The notes beneath the pieces are model-generated. The model was not told the DNA's origin. It was given only the letters and a program-made list of their open reading frames with translations, and ran no database searches. DNA of 64,000 bases from Octopus vulgaris. Lineage: Eukaryota. Shown here in pieces: positions 12,355 through 30,900 of the stretch; positions within the stretch are counted from its first letter, which is position 1; each line of letters begins with the position of its first letter. The stretch lies in assembly GCA_951406725.2 (NCBI GenBank), contig OX597830.1, positions 8,866,001-8,930,000 of the forward strand. The letters are read 5' to 3'. The position numbers were made by a program, and so were the translations under genes.

Positions 12355-13434
12355 TTAGGTTGTTTCTCATGAAATGTATTTGAAAGGTAACAAGAAAATG
12401 TTTCACAAGTGTTAGAAGAATTGATTTATTTAATCAAAGTATGATCCATGTTCATTTATGATGTTTATCCAACGTTTCTCTATGTCATATATTCCACCAT
12501 AAAAAAAAAGTTAATCTTCTGCTGTGATAAACTGTCCGAATGCTTCAATTACCTCTTCTCTATTTAAGAATGTTTTATTGTTTATTGAAAAGCTCAAAAT
12601 GCTTAAATAAGTGATGATCAGATAGAGAGATGTCAGGGGAATAAGGAGGATGTTGCAAAATCTCATAATTTAGGCTTTGCAACGTTTGGACCGTAGCTTG
12701 AGAAGTGTGAGGGCATGCATTTTCGTGGGGCAAAATTGGGCCATCTCTATTCACAAGTCTGAGTTGCTTCTTTTTTCACATCCTCATGCATACAATCAAT
12801 TTCCTGGCAATACGATGTTGCTGTTACGGTTTTTTTCCTTGTTGCAAAAATGAATAATGAATAACTCCCTTCGCAGACCATCATACAATGACCTCTAACA
12901 TTTTAGGGTGCAATGGGTAGTGTTTAGGTGACTCTCCTGCATCTATTCACTGTCCTATTCTCCCGGTGTTGTCAAAGCGTATCCATTTCTCGTCACAAGT
13001 AAGGATTTAATGTAAAAAATGTCTTTTTCCAATCGAGAAAGCAATAAGGAGCACACTTCGAGGAGTCTGTTTCTTTGAACCTCGTTCACTTGATGTGGAA
13101 CAAACCTATCCGTTTTCTTGACTTTTCTAATTTTTTTACAGGTGTCCAAAATTAGTTGTGCGAGATGTTTGGGGTTCTGATGAAAGTTTTCGAACCTTTG
13201 TTCTCGGATTTTGTTCAACCAAAGCATTTAATCCATCGAGTTTGTACTCATACAAGAAAATCACTCAACATAATTTGGTTATCATTTTCATAAGGTCGGT
13301 GGATACGAATTTTATATACCAATATTATTGGGAAAGAAAAAGAGTCAAGACTAAATGCAAGGTATACATAATTGAATTTTTTAAGTGACTGAAATAACAA
13401 TTAAAAATACGACATTTCATGTGAAACAACCTAA
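12355..13434 (-). mobile_element. Degenerate mariner (Tc1/mariner) DNA transposon
   Basis: TIRs TTAGGTTGTTTC(T/A)CATGAAATGT at both ends with flanking TA. The minus-strand transposase remnants include LTCDEKWI and HPPYSPDIS, with stops and frameshifts. Confidence 0.9.
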
Positions 13435-13506
13435 TATATATATGTGTGTGTGCGCGCGCGCGCGCGCGTGTGTGTGTGTGTGAGTTTATATGTACATATA
13501 TGTGTT

Positions 13507-13563
<57 letters not shown>

Positions 13564-14785
13564 GCAAGCACACATACATTATGTGGGTGATATTTTCAAC
13601 CGAGACGTTACAATCGTATCTCATTCTTCAAGTGCTTCAATTCTGTGTATGCAAATATATTTACTAGCTCGCTGATATTTATTTATTGGTTTTCCCCATT
13701 GTGTTAATGTGCCATTTTCTATCATTAATAATGCCGTCGGCATTTTTGATGACACGGGTATGCTAGTACATACATATTACGTTTACAAGTAATAGTTCAA
13801 TACACATGTACTCTACTAAAATGTATTGAGTAATCCTTCTGGCTGATATTAGATTCTATTTACATATAAGTTGACATGATGAAAACAAACATTAAGATAT
13901 ACGAGTATGTGTGTGTGAGTGTGTCTGTATTTATATATATGTGTGAGTGTGTCTGTATATATATATATATGTGTGAGTGTGTCTGTATATATATATGTGT
14001 GTGTGTGTGTGTCTGTCTGTATTTATATATATGTGTGTGTGTGTGTGCGTATGAGTGTGTCTGTATATATATATGTATATGTGTGTGTGTGTATGTGTGT
14101 GTGTGTACGTATGTATATTAAAAGAGAGAGTGTTAAAGAGAGAGGAGAGAGGGGGGAAATGGTGTGAGTGAATGTGGAGGTCGGAGGTATCAGTATCAAG
14201 AAGGCATATATTCGGTTTTGAGACGTGAAGCTGTCAATTCAGGGAGACAATAGCCCCCACCCCCACCCCACCCCATTAAAAACACTCCTGTCACTTCTCC
14301 TCTCTCCGTCCCCACTCCACATAACCACTCCAGCCTGGTCTGTCATTAAATAACAAAAACAACAGATCGTGACAGAGACACAATGGGTTTTTCTGCGAAG
14401 ACCACAATCCCTATGAGCGAAGCTATTCCGGGTACTCACCCTGAATACCTGCATTAGTTAACATGTCACTCAAACACCCGACTCTCCCCGCCATACATAG
14501 ATACCCGTACACCCGGCCTAAATGTACAGGAGTTAGCTGTTAAAGAGTCAAGTTTCGTGAAATTATATAATGGACAAAAGAGAAAAAAAATAGATAAAAA
14601 TAAAATATATGATGTGTGTGCGTGTGTGTGTGTATGTGTGTGTGTGTGTGTGTGTGCGTGTGTGTGTGTGCGTTCGTGTGTGTACGTACGAGTGTATACA
14701 AAAACACATGCTAGAAATACATACCTACACAAACACTCGTTCATATATGCATATATATATGTGTGTGCGTGTGTATACATATGCA

Positions 14786-14867
<82 letters not shown>

Positions 14868-14981
14868 TGCAATAAAGCAGAATGCCAGAGATTGTTTATA
14901 AGATATTTCGTTACCCCATCTTACGTACGTTTCATTAACAAAAAGTGATTTATTAGTTACCTTATGTTTTTTTATATATAT

Positions 14982-15029
<48 letters not shown>

Positions 15030-15030
<1 letters not shown>

Positions 15031-16146
15031 GTACTGTTCCATAAGGGTAAGATCAACAAAAAGTACTCCATCTGGTGAGAGAGAAATATTATTTAATAGA
15101 CACAGTACATGTTTTTATGTGCTACTAATAGTCTCTTATGCTGAGAACATGCAAAATAACGAATTATAACATGTGTAGCATTCCAACACGGTCATCAGGC
15201 ACAAACCACTTGAATTAAAAATTGAATAAGAGAAGAAACGCGAAAAGCTGAGAAGGCAGCGTATAGAAAGTGTGGAGGGTTAATAAAACGGAAAACGAAA
15301 ATGGCATAAGAAATAAAGACAAAAGCAAATCTATTAAATTGGCTATCCACGTATGGAGGTTGGAATCTAATGCAACACCACATGTGATTAAATGGAAAAT
15401 AATTGAAAAATCCAAACCTTATGTTAGTGGATCTAATAATGTAAGCTATGCTTAGCTGAAAGAGCGCAGATCCTTTTCAAGTCTAAGATCCCTAACTCAC
15501 TAGTGATCTGTAGGTCTGAAATTTCCAGCACTAGTAAACATATGCTTAAGTTCATTTTCAAGAATTGAAAAATTGCGCCTATACCTTATTAACTTATCAA
15601 TATTTTTTCCAGCCTTATAATTTAAGGTCTAAGCTAGATAGCTCTTACCTTTTTACTTGTTTCTGATAATTTTTTCGTTTACCATGCTTTCTATATGCTT
15701 CGTTCTCGATTTTTCGCCTGTTATATATACGTGTGTGTGTGTGTGTTTTATAATAGGTCGGCTATGTATTTGATGACCATTTATTATATCTCTAGGAATC
15801 AACGCTTCAATGGCAATCTCAAATTCTTCTTATATTTCTATGCTGACCATGGTTTTCTTTCTTTATTAATTTCCTGTTTTAGACAACACCTAAATAACTC
15901 TCCTATAAATTGAACTGTTCGTCTTGAAAATAACAGTAATTGGGCTAAGTAGTGAACTATGTCGCGGCTGGCCGTTTAAATTATGCCTGAAGATGGTGGA
16001 ATCACATAATACGATGTATTCTTTTACTACTATATTGCATAAAGTTCTACCGAAACAGCTGTCACTAATTTAAACGCCATTTGTGTGTTATGTTATACTA
16101 ATGCCGCACTAAGGATCCACCGATGAATCGGATTGTTGCCGATTAA
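15030..16146 (+). mobile_element. TA-flanked Penelope-like element 3' fragment
   Basis: RNKDKSKSIKLAIHVWRL..IKWKIIEKSKPY..C.LCLAE (PLE GIY-YIG C-terminus) near 15300-15470, and a terminal hammerhead at 15973-16076. Confidence 0.72.
15973..16076 (+). ncRNA. Type I hammerhead at the 3' end of a PLE fragment
   Basis: Stem I CGTTTAAATTA/TAATTTAAACG (imperfect next to the core), core CTGAAGA, stem II GGTGGAA/TTCTACC, GAAA, palindromic stem III ACAGCTGT, GUC triplet. Confidence 0.75.
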
Positions 16147-16361
16147 ATATACATACATATATATATATATATATACATATATATAATACAAAATGAGACA
16201 AGAACGCAAAACACCCGGACAACTAGGTGATACAAAAAGGGACAACAAAACATCCAGATAGACGATACAAAAAAAAAAAAGGATGGGTCATTCGAAGCTT
16301 TCTATCCTCAGTCAAGAACCGGATCATCCTCGCAATTTCGACTGATTAATCTTGAGATTGG

Positions 16362-16410
<49 letters not shown>

Positions 16411-17342
16411 CTATGAGATATATAGTCTTATGTGTCTGTCTATTTGTCTGCATATGTGTGTAAAAGTATACATGTATATATATATATGTATGTGTATGTT
16501 CATATATATGCGCGCGCGTGTGTATGTTCGTGTGTGTAACTACAGCAACCTGTCAGCGTTTAACGTCTGTTGTATTATTTCATTTTATCTCTGTCATTAT
16601 GCCGAGCCCTTTCCTGGCGTTTTACATGTTGATGTATCTCGATTCTTTATGAATCTTTATAAACTAAATTATGTGTGCGTGCGCGCGCGCGTGTTTGTGT
16701 TTGTACGTGTTTGTGTGTACAGATAGGCAGATAGATATGCAGATAATCTATGTATAATACATTGAGCATTACACATAAATTATTATACCTATCTGTGTAT
16801 ATACATAGTTGATAGGCTAGTTACTGCAGTATTTGTCCAGAGATAACAAGCTGTATTGAAGATTCAATAACTCTGAGGGAGAGAGAGAGAGAGAATTTAA
16901 TTCCAGCAATATGAGTATATATATATATATATACACACACACATGTATTAGCGTCTGTATGTTTAGTTTACATATGTACATTTATGTAGTGTGTATATGT
17001 ACAGTGTGTTTGTTTTTTTAGGCCGTTTGATATATGTAAGTGAATATTATTATAAACAAATATCTATTTTTAATGAAACTTATTTTACCATTAATTAATT
17101 TATTCTGGGTATATATGCTTTTCCTTACAAACTACAGTTATTTTTGAAATTTTGATTTTTTGATTTAAAGTTTTCTTCGATTTCACATAATGTGATTTTA
17201 AACCTATCATCATTGATTACAAAAAAAACCGTTAGCTGAAACGAACAACGAAAAAAAAAAAGCAATTCAAATGTGTGTCTATCAATGTAAATCGTATATT
17301 TTATACATACAAACTTTATTTTGTTCCATTCTCAATCTAAAT

Positions 17343-17379
17343 TGTCCGACGAACGGGAACGTGAAGCTCTGAGTACCGG
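17343..17379 (+). ncRNA. Decayed hammerhead, same family as 36630-36669
   Basis: CCGACGA-ACG(GGAA)CGT-GAAG-CTCTGAG-TA; stem I is degraded. Confidence 0.45.
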
Positions 17380-17412
17380 TTTTTTGTGATCTTTGGGGTT
17401 GTTTTTTCAGCT

Positions 17413-17471
<59 letters not shown>

Positions 17472-17472
<1 letters not shown>

Positions 17473-18009
17473 CAGTACCAGACAGTGGCTCTCATGGCTT
17501 CTGATCTTAACTGATTGGAAGTGTAATCATGTACATTGTTTTGTCTTGGTATAAAAGATGGGCTACAGCAAATATTCTGCTCAATACCACAGATTTGCTT
17601 GTCAGTTGTTTGACTTTAACCAGTTGAGCATGTCCCTTGGTGGCTGACGATATGTGCATCTCTAATCACGAGCAGAAGTAGTGGGGGAGCATCATAGCCA
17701 TGTGTTGAGAGGGATTCTTTGGAGTTTGGATAATTCTCCTCTGGAAATATGAGTGTTTCGCTCAACATCTTTAAACAACCCTTATTCAGGGACTCTTTTG
17801 AATTGGATAGGATGAAGAAAATCCTAGCTGGGTCTCACCCGCAAGGTCATGCACTGTTTATCTTCATATGAGATCACCATGTCACGCACATATGGTTGTG
17901 ATGCATGTGCCTGGTGTACCCTTATCAAATGAGTAGTCATGATGGGTATACTGGGCTTCGTATATTTGTACCCCAGTGTCACTTTGATGGCATGCACTGC
18001 TCTCTCACT

Positions 18010-18010
<1 letters not shown>
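17472..18010 (+). mobile_element. ~540-bp non-coding interspersed repeat embedded in (AAT)n
   Basis: Flanked on both sides by (AAT)n. A reverse-complement copy at about 32100-32890 is interrupted by a family A SINE with TSD TGCACATAT. Confidence 0.78.
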
Positions 18011-22330
<4,320 letters not shown>

Positions 22331-22639
22331 TATGCATTTAAATTTGGAAAATCTCTTTGTATATTTCTTATGCAGCGTTTGATAGGGATTCCTTAATATC
22401 GAGAATTTTAAGACTGGCATTTTATGTTGTGATTCCATAAACTGTAATCTCCTGGGGCCGGAAATCCATCTGCCTTTTACTGATAGGCTGATTTGGTACG
22501 TATTTTTACAGAGTAATTCATGCAGAACCAGGAAAAAGGCTACCATGCTACTTCTATGGGGGAACTTTCGTTGTCGGTTGTCCAGATTGCTGCTCCCGAC
22601 TGTGGTCACCGCAGGGTGTCAAACTGGTGGCTTGACTTG

Positions 22640-23050
22640 AGACAATCCAGCACTATTACACAAAGAAGATTGATTTGGGGAAACAGATAAGCTATTGGGA
22701 AAGGCTGAAAGAGCTGAAGATCAATTCCTTAGAAGGCGTAAACGACATTTTGTGTTATACCTATGGAAGATCTTTCGTGGTCCAGTTCCTAATTTTGGAA
22801 TTGAAAGCTATACCAACCACTGAACTGGACGGCACTGCATAGTGCCAAAGATTCTGTCTCCTCCATCTAGAGTAAGGATCCAGTATTGTAACAGCTTGGG
22901 TTTCAAGGGTCCACAACTATTCAACATCTTACCAAACAACCTCAGAGATTCGCGAGGGGTACACGTGGAGATCTTCAAAATTTTTATCTGAGATCTCAGA
23001 TGAGTCCACATCGCAGTAGGAGGTATAAAAAAAGAGCAGCTCTGTCCAAG
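22640..23050 (+). mobile_element. CR1-group LINE ORF2 C-terminal fragment
   Basis: IQHYYTKKI..ISYWERLKELKINSL(fs)RRKR..LWKIF.G...GPQLFNILP..LRD. Confidence 0.7.
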
Positions 23051-23319
23051 TCACTACTTCACCAGAAACAGCACAGAAAACAAACCGAAACCCACTGAGA
23101 GGCGATGCTCCAGCATGGCCCCCGCGTCTGGCTGAAACCCGTAAAAGATAAAAGTAAAATGAATGAACATGAAGGTATCGGAATAACTTAGGTTTAACAT
23201 TAGTGGCAATCGTTTCAGTACCAATCCTCTTTGAATCACTTCTGCGCATAAATCATTATTTCTGATAAAATACACAAGACTTACATAAAATTATTCATCC
23301 ATCTAATCATCTTTGCCAA

Positions 23320-23870
23320 CCATTATCCCTGGGGTGGTCATGAGGAACCTCCTCCATAGGATCCAATCAGAAGCAGCCGTCATTACGCTTTACGGTTGAA
23401 ATCCCAAGCGTGACTGAGTCTATCGATATTATCCAACTGCCGCTACGTTCTGAGTTCAAATTCCGCCGAGGTCGACTTTGCCTTTCATCCTTTCGGGGTC
23501 GATTAAATAAATACCAGTTACGCACTGGGGTCGATATAATCAACTTAATGCATTTGTCTGTCCTTGTTTGTCCTCTCTGTGTTTAGCCCCTTGTGGGTAG
23601 TAAAGAAATAGGTATTATCCAACTATCTCAGCCTTGATCTACCCTTAGGCCTCCTGCCAATTGAAGAATCCGTCTTGCGATTCTTTCCTGCCACAATCTC
23701 ATCACATGTCTGTAATACGGGAGCTGAAACCAATGAATGCGGAGAAACAGCGGCTTAACTTGGAGGGACATCCTGATCTCCGAGCTACGCAACCTGTTAG
23801 GTAACATCCCTTCGGGAATCCATCGAAGGGACGCCATTTCGGCAGCCAGAATTGAAAGTGCCGGCACAGT
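23320..23870 (-). mobile_element. RTE-clade LINE 3' fragment, interrupted by a SINE
   Basis: AAEMASLRWI..RLRSSEIR.SLQVKPL..QL.YY.HVMRL..ERIARRIL. SINE insert 23439-23612 has a 12-bp TSD TATTATCCAACT. Confidence 0.65.
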
Positions 23871-24559
23871 AATGCGACCAGTTCTGGTATTCGATATTCA
23901 GAAGAGGAGACATTGGTTAAAAAGAAAACAAAAAACTCACTATCTTCAATTAGGTTTTCGTGTCTACTTTCACCTACGATCATGAACGTCGAAGTATAAA
24001 AATATTGTGTGGTCGAAATAGGGAAGAACGGCACCTCTTCAGATGCTTGCCAAACATAGTTATCATGTATATATAATTTATCGCTTGCGGAATATATTAC
24101 ATAAATATTTATATGTAAAGTGATACGAAGCGGAATGGTGATAAAACAATTGCAACTGTTATCAAATTTATGCTATATTCATATTTCCATCTTTATTTTC
24201 TACATACTTGTACACGCACACATACACATATGCGAATATGTGAATATTATAACTGTACACACACAGAGTTCCTCTTTCGGTCATTCCAGCCATGTAACCA
24301 CACACATGCTGTTGGTGATATTTATCGTCCTCTGGATTTTTCCGTTTTCCTTTCTGACAAAAAGCTATTCTCGAAACCTCAAAAACCCTCTCTTTTTTCA
24401 ACCTTTACAGAATGTCGACATTCCATGCGCATGTCTACTTGTTTTGTTATTCTTATTGTTCGATTATTCAACTTGACTACATACATACATACATACATAC
24501 ATACATACATACATACATACATACATACATACATACATACATACATACATACATGCACA

Positions 24560-24970
24560 CTCCTTCATCTGGCCGAAGTTGTTCTCTCCCTCAACTGCTT
24601 CTCGTTCACGGGTTATTTTTACCAACAGTACTTGGGAGTGGCCATGGGAACGAGAATGGGTCCCAACTATACAAACCTGTTCGTTGGCTAAATTGAGGCC
24701 CAAATATTCTCACGATTGACTGGTCCCACTCCTGAACTGTACATCGGTCAAACGGTACTCCGCTTGGCTGACCGGTTCGCCTAGCACCTCCGAGATATCA
24801 GACTCGGCAATGACACCCCGGTCTCGCGAATTTCCGCTCTACCGGTCATTCACTAAAACATCTGTCTGTGTTCGGACTGTCTTTCCGCAAGGGCCATCCG
24901 GACTCCTGCATTCACCGTGAATAGGAATTAATCTTCTCTCTTTGCTCCTTTGCGTCACATGGGCTTCATC
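24560..24970 (+). mobile_element. Penelope-like element remnant: RT motif joined by internal deletion to a GIY-YIG endonuclease fragment
   Basis: LAEVVLSLNCFSF..YYQQ-like segment and GVAMGTRMGPNYTNLFVG (PLE RT motif B region), then YIGQT..RLADRF..HLRDI...HRE*ELIF. Confidence 0.8.
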
Positions 24971-25999
24971 TGACACCTACTTCCTCTCTTCACTCCCGCC
25001 TACCTCCTCTCTTCATTAAAGTGAGGTAAAGGAGGAGGGAAAGTGATGAGAATGAAAGGAAGGCTAAGAAATGTGAGAGAGGGGAAGCGAGAAAAAGAAA
25101 AGTGGAAAGAACGAAGAAAGTGTACCTTTCCTATATTTTTCTCTCTTTCTTGTCCCTCCCTAATTCTTCAATCCCTCTGTCTCCTACCTCTCTCCTCTCC
25201 TTCCATGTAACCGGTGTTCTGCCAAGCCTGACCCTTCTTTCTTGGTTCTTCTACCATCTCTGTAGCATCTCTTACATTCCTTCCCATGACTTTCATCTCT
25301 TATGTTCCTGCCACAACGCTTCACTTCCATACACGCCAGCTTAATTTAATTCGTCCTTAGTTGAAAGACACCTGTTGTTTGTATTTGTAATTGTGCACCA
25401 TTTCTCCGTTTTTTTTTTTTCGTTTTTGTTTTCGTATATATTCGCTTGCTTTCTTCCAAAGAATCTAGTGCTCTTAGCTTAGATTTTCTTGGGGCTGACC
25501 AGATTGGAGCAGTCTCGAGTATAACCGTCCGAAACTGCAACGACGATCTGGAACTAGACTGAAGAAAGCTCCGAATGGCCCGTCCTTGTTTTTTCCTATC
25601 CTTTTTTGTATCGTCTAACTGTCCGGTTGCTTTGTTGTCGCCTGTTACGTTCTTGTTCCATTTTGTATACATACATATAGCTGCGTACGTACGCCTTTGG
25701 TCTCATATATATAATCTTAGGGAATAATAAGTATTCCAGGTTATCAGGACATTTAGTATTTTACACTTTACTAATGCAATGTAAACAGTATGATTTATAA
25801 TATTACAAATTTGGGATTTTACCAATAGAACCGCAACTCATATTTCAGGATAACCTTATTGTCTGGAATACACATAGAATGTTATATCCAATAAAATAAT
25901 ATAAGCATTTAAAAAAAAAAAACCTACTATAAAATACAACAAAATTAGTTGAAAAAATCTATATAACTCACCTGTTATTAGTCTGTGTGGAAAGAAGAT

Positions 26000-26310
26000 A
26001 TTTTTAATCAACGCATTTTTAAAATTTGATATTTTTAACCATGTTCCATATTTTATCCTTGAAATCCTGTAAAGCCGTATTATTTGGGGAGTTCCTGCTT
26101 AGTATTAATGTTCTTTTTAATGTAATCTTTATCTTCTAAATTCCTACTATTATAATTATTGTTTTCATGGAAATAGGCCTACCATTTTATTTTATTCTAT
26201 TTGAAAAATTCTTAATCTGATCTAGTAATTTTATTGCGTATTCTCTTTTACTGAGAATAGGTATTTCCTTCAATGATGAGTTCCAGTCTATTGGTTCAAT
26301 CCTACCTGAT
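26000..26310 (-). mobile_element. Penelope-like element ORF N-terminal remnant
   Basis: Minus strand reads DWNSSLKEIPILSKREYAIKLLDQIK..KW*AYF...LQDFKDKIWNMVKNIKF, resembling PLE pre-RT regions. Confidence 0.55.
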
Positions 26311-26789
26311 AGGTCTATAACCGACTAAACCTTTAGTATTTCTGACACATGTTGATAATATGAGCACCAGTTGAACACTGGGGGGGGGGGGGCATGTAAT
26401 CGATTCATCCCCTCTCCAAAATTGCTGGCACTGAGCCAAAATTTGTATCCAAGGTTGTCAAGGCGACGCACTGGTAGAATCATTAGCGCAGCGGGCGAAA
26501 TGCTTGGCGGCATTTCATCTTTACGTTCTGAGTTAAATTCTGTCGTGGTCAACTTTGCCTTTCATCCTTTAGAGGTTGATAAAAAATGTACCAGTTGAGC
26601 ACTGGGGGTCGCTGTAATCGACTTACCCCCTCACTCATATATTGCTGGCCTTGAGCCAAAAGTTTGAAACCAATATACACAGTATTTAGATATATATATG
26701 TATGTGCATGTATGCACATACAAGCGGAGGCACACACACACACACATACATTTATATTATGTATTTTTAAATTTTAACACAAAGTCATC

Positions 26790-27336
26790 TACTTTAGTGG
26801 AAGGGATTTAGTCTACCCCAGTACGTGACTGGTATTTTATTTTATCGATCTCGAAAGGAAGAAAGGCAGAGTCGACCTCGGCGGAATTTGAACTCAGAAC
26901 GTAGCGACAGACGAAATACCTATTTCTGTACTACCCACAAGGAGCTAAACACAGAGAGGACAAACAAGGACAGACAAACGGATTAAGTCGATTATATCAA
27001 CCCCAGTGCGTAACTGGTGTTGATATAATCGACCCCGAAAGGATGAAAGGCAAAGTCGACCTCGGCGGAATTTGAACTTAGAACGTAACGGCAGACGAAA
27101 TACCTATTTCTTTACTACCCACAAGGTGCTAAACATAGAGGGAACAAACAAGTACAGACAAATGGATTAAGTCGATTACATCGACTTCAGTGCGTCACTT
27201 GTACTTAATTTATCGACCCCGAAAGGATGAAAGGTAAAGTCGTTCTCGGCGGAATTTGAACTCAGAACGCAACGGCGGACGAAATACCACAAAGCATTTC
27301 TCCCGGCGTGCTAACGTTTCTTCTAGCTCGCCGCCT
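26790..27336 (-). mobile_element. SINE family A head-to-tail multimer
   Basis: Three overlapping units in which the 3' end AGAAATAGG runs directly into the internal sequence TATTTCGTCTG. Similar structures at 29020-29310 and 42330-42630. Confidence 0.8.
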
Positions 27337-27361
27337 TCTGCCACTTATATATTGATAGACT

Positions 27362-27950
27362 TCATAGGTCACCAAACATTTTTCACGACGGGCCAGATAA
27401 CAGAGAATAACGAACGCGGGCCGCATAACCATTTTGTCTAATACAATTCAGTGAATACACAAAAAATAAAGACAACCGACATTTTTATTTACCTAAAAGT
27501 TATCATAGGTGACGTTAGCAATAAGATAGTTATATCACACCCGGTGCGCACATATCCGGATCTCACAAACTAAGCAGCATAAAAGGTCGGTGAGATTTGT
27601 GAAACTGGGGTTTAGCTTTTTAAGATATCAGTATTTGGTTTGGAATTGCTGCATCCAACCAAGAGAAGTGCTTTGAAATGTTCGTCAGTCAACCTCGTTC
27701 GATGACTTCAAATCCTTCCTTCATTCTTGAAAATGCTTGCAAATTCTGCCGAGGTCGACTTTACTTTTAATCCTTTCGAGGTCGATAAATTAAGTACCAG
27801 TTGCGTACTGGGGTAGATCTAATCGACTGGTCCTCACCTCCCCCAAAATTTCAGGCCTTGTGTCTAGAGTAGAAAAGATTCTTGAAAATGTTTGCTCATA
27901 GACATAAGTTGTCCCAAACACTGATACCACAGCAGAGGCGAATGAACTGT
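27362..27950 (-). mobile_element. hAT (Charlie/SPIN-like) transposase 3' remnant interrupted by a SINE
   Basis: SVFGTTYVYEQTFSR | ..RTRLTDEHF..LL...SKPNTDIL..K.QFHKSH (hAT dimerisation region). SINE 27741-27877 has an 18-bp TSD ATTCTTGAAAATG(C/T)TTGC. A hAT-like end GGTCACCAAAC..GGGCC lies near 27365. Confidence 0.68.
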
Positions 27951-30900
27951 GAAGGAGGTTCCTGAAGACTCTTCTCCCACGACCCTCCCGGAAATAGCGG
28001 GCGAAGAAGATGGATGGGTGAATGGATAGTTCCATACTAAATGAGGATAGGAGTGTCCTGTACTAATTAATCTGTATCGATTAAGAATGATTTTTTCTGT
28101 ATTGATTCGATACAAGAATCTAGTGACTGGTAAAAAGAAAAAAAAACAGCAATTAAAGTTAACAAAAATTACTTTATCAAATCCCTCTACTGCTTTCAGA
28201 AGGAATTGAACCCGTAACTTTGGAATGTTTGTTACGATATACTTTTCTGTATTGAAGAAACGAATAAAACAAATGTTTCAATGGCAGATTCTATGTGTTC
28301 TGAGAGACTGGTGTCTTCTTTAAACTTAAATGGAATATTCTTGACGTTGTATTTTGACGAACGAATTTATTCCACTTTTTGCGATGTGACTGGTTGCAGC
28401 TTATTTGAAGACGGCGAGTTACATAGCAAAAATCACAGGATATGTGGTAGGTTTAACAACTTTATTTAATAATAAAATATCTATCTATCCATCTTTCTCT
28501 CTACCGTTAATCAATAATATATATAATAATGATAATATCGAAGGTGGCTATACGCAATATAAAACCGTAAAGGCAATATATATATATATGTGTGTGTGTG
28601 TATCGTGGCCAGCACATATTAGCCGTGCAAAACCGCTCAAAGACTGTTAATTGCTTAAATGTCTATTATTTGGCATTAAAAGTTTCGAAGCACCAACGAA
28701 TAAATGTTTAAATGGAGTTGAAGAGCTTTAAAGTCTTTGAACGGCTGTAATTTTGAAGTTTTAACACCTGCATTTATATATCAATTGATGTGAAGAAGGT
28801 AATTTATTCTATGGCTTCACGGTTCTTCCCTCAAAACAATTTTGTATTGGTAACAGAAATGGGATTAAAGGAAAAAACATAAAATCCCCGATGCATGCTT
28901 TCCCCGATGGTTTTCTTGTGACAAGTGAACATTGTCCATTGATATAGCGTTTGAAAATTTATTCCTTTGATGAACGCTTCACGGCAATTTTTATACAAGG
29001 TTTTAATTATCATTATTAAAAGCGGCGAGCTGGCAGAAACGTTTGCACACCGGTCGAAATGTTTTGTGGTATTTCATCTGTCGCTACGTTCTAAGTTCAA
29101 ATTCCGCCGAGGTCGACTTTGCCTTTCATCCTTTCCGGGTCGATGAATTAAGTACCAGTTACGCACTGGGGTCGATATAATCGACTTAATCCGTTTGTCT
29201 GTCCTTGTTTGTCCTCTCTGTGTTTAGCCCCTTGTGGGTAGTAAAGAAATAGGTATTTCGTCTGTATTTACGTTCTGAGTTCAAATTCCGCCGAGGTCGA
29301 CTTTGCCTTTCATCTAATCGACTGAGTAGAAAAAAATTACTAACGGGCGAAATGCTTAGTCGTATCTCATCCGTCCTTAAGTTCTGGGTTGAAATTCAGC
29401 TGAGGTCGACTTTACCTTTCATCCTTTCGGGGTCGATAAAATAAAAGACCAGTTCAGCACTGGGATTGACGGAATCGATTGACCCCTTACATCAAATTTC
29501 TCTGGCTTCGTGCCAAAATTAGAAATAATAATTATCATTAAAGTGGAGAACTGGCAGAATCATTATCACTCCAAACAAAATACTTCGCGTTGTGAGTTCA
29601 AATTCCGCCGAGGTCAACATTACCTCTTATCCTTTCGGTGCATTGTGACCAGCGATGTATAACAGAATTTGATGATCGGGTCGGTACCGTGATTATACAT
29701 TTTACAAATGCAAACATCGATAAGAAATCAAACCAATAGTTTGGCTACTCGTACGGTTAGAAACAACCAAACCAGATCTAATAATACATGGGTCGAAATA
29801 ATCTTTGATACTCCGTCTGAATTAATGAGATGAGGAGGCCACGGCTGGAATGTAAATGACAGCTGCCAGCTGGGTTTGGTCTAACTTGAAATTAAACACC
29901 ATTTCAGGCAAAAACTAAAGCTACTGATAGAAATTGAATCTTGTAAGGGCGGTGGCATTTTTATTGAAAAATTAGGTGACATGAGAAGAGCAGAGGCCAT
30001 TATAGTAGCAGCAGAGAAGGCAGTGAGATGAGACACTGAAATCTGTGGACCAGTGGCTTTGTGTGTGTGTGTTACTGACTGGATCCTATAAGATTTTTTG
30101 GCGAAAGTAAAGAATACGTACATCCGATGTTTAGGTTTAGGGTTTTTTCTTACGCCGAACACGAGTGGTGTGCGTATTCTTTACCTCCGTCGATTTGCTC
30201 AAAATGATATGAGTTGAGGACTTCATGAAGTTACTTTTCTTCGATTTGTTTATTTTAGAGAAATATATCGACCTTTTCTGTGTGGAAATATACGAGAAGA
30301 AATGTTGCTATTTCGAATATTGCAATTAACGAAAAATGGATATTTATCATGACCAGAAGTAAATGAATACAAACGTTAGTTTCGAATTTTGACACCTGGT
30401 CAGCGATTTCGCGGTGTGGGGTTGGGGGGTGGGGGAGTCGATTGCATCGACCCCCGTGCCCAGCTGGTGCTTATTTTATCCAACTCCGAAGCAATTTTCC
30501 CAGAATTGTTACCTTGCCGGACAAATTGCTTAGCGGCGTTTCGTCCGTCTTTACGTCCTGAATTCAAATTCCACCGAGGTCGACTTTGCTTTTTCATCCT
30601 TTCGGGATCGATAAAATAAGTACCAGTCAAACACTGTAATCAGCTAGTCTCCTTTTACGAAATTGCTGGCTTCGTGTCGACATATGAAAGTGAGAAAGTG
30701 ATGTAAGAATAAATTTAAGATATAAATAAAATGTATCAAGGGACGTAACTTACAATACTTAATCCTAGAGTTATTTCCCTTGAACCAGATTTCCTTAGAT
30801 AATATTTTCACTATATAGTTTATTTACGGAGACGTATTTGCATGGTTCGTGGTTTGATCTGAGACCGTGAGTTGAAATTGAAGCAGTTGCAGTCAAGAAC

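Noticed and set aside
14432-14456. Possible 9-nt microexon (GCAG|GTATTCAGG|GTGAGT, minus strand)
   Set aside because: No polypyrimidine tract and no host gene identified.
25490-25560. Hammerhead-like CTGACCA...GAAACTGCA in a TA-associated repeat (family also at 2668-2790 and 16185-16365)
   Set aside because: The core and stems are too degraded to call without a consensus.
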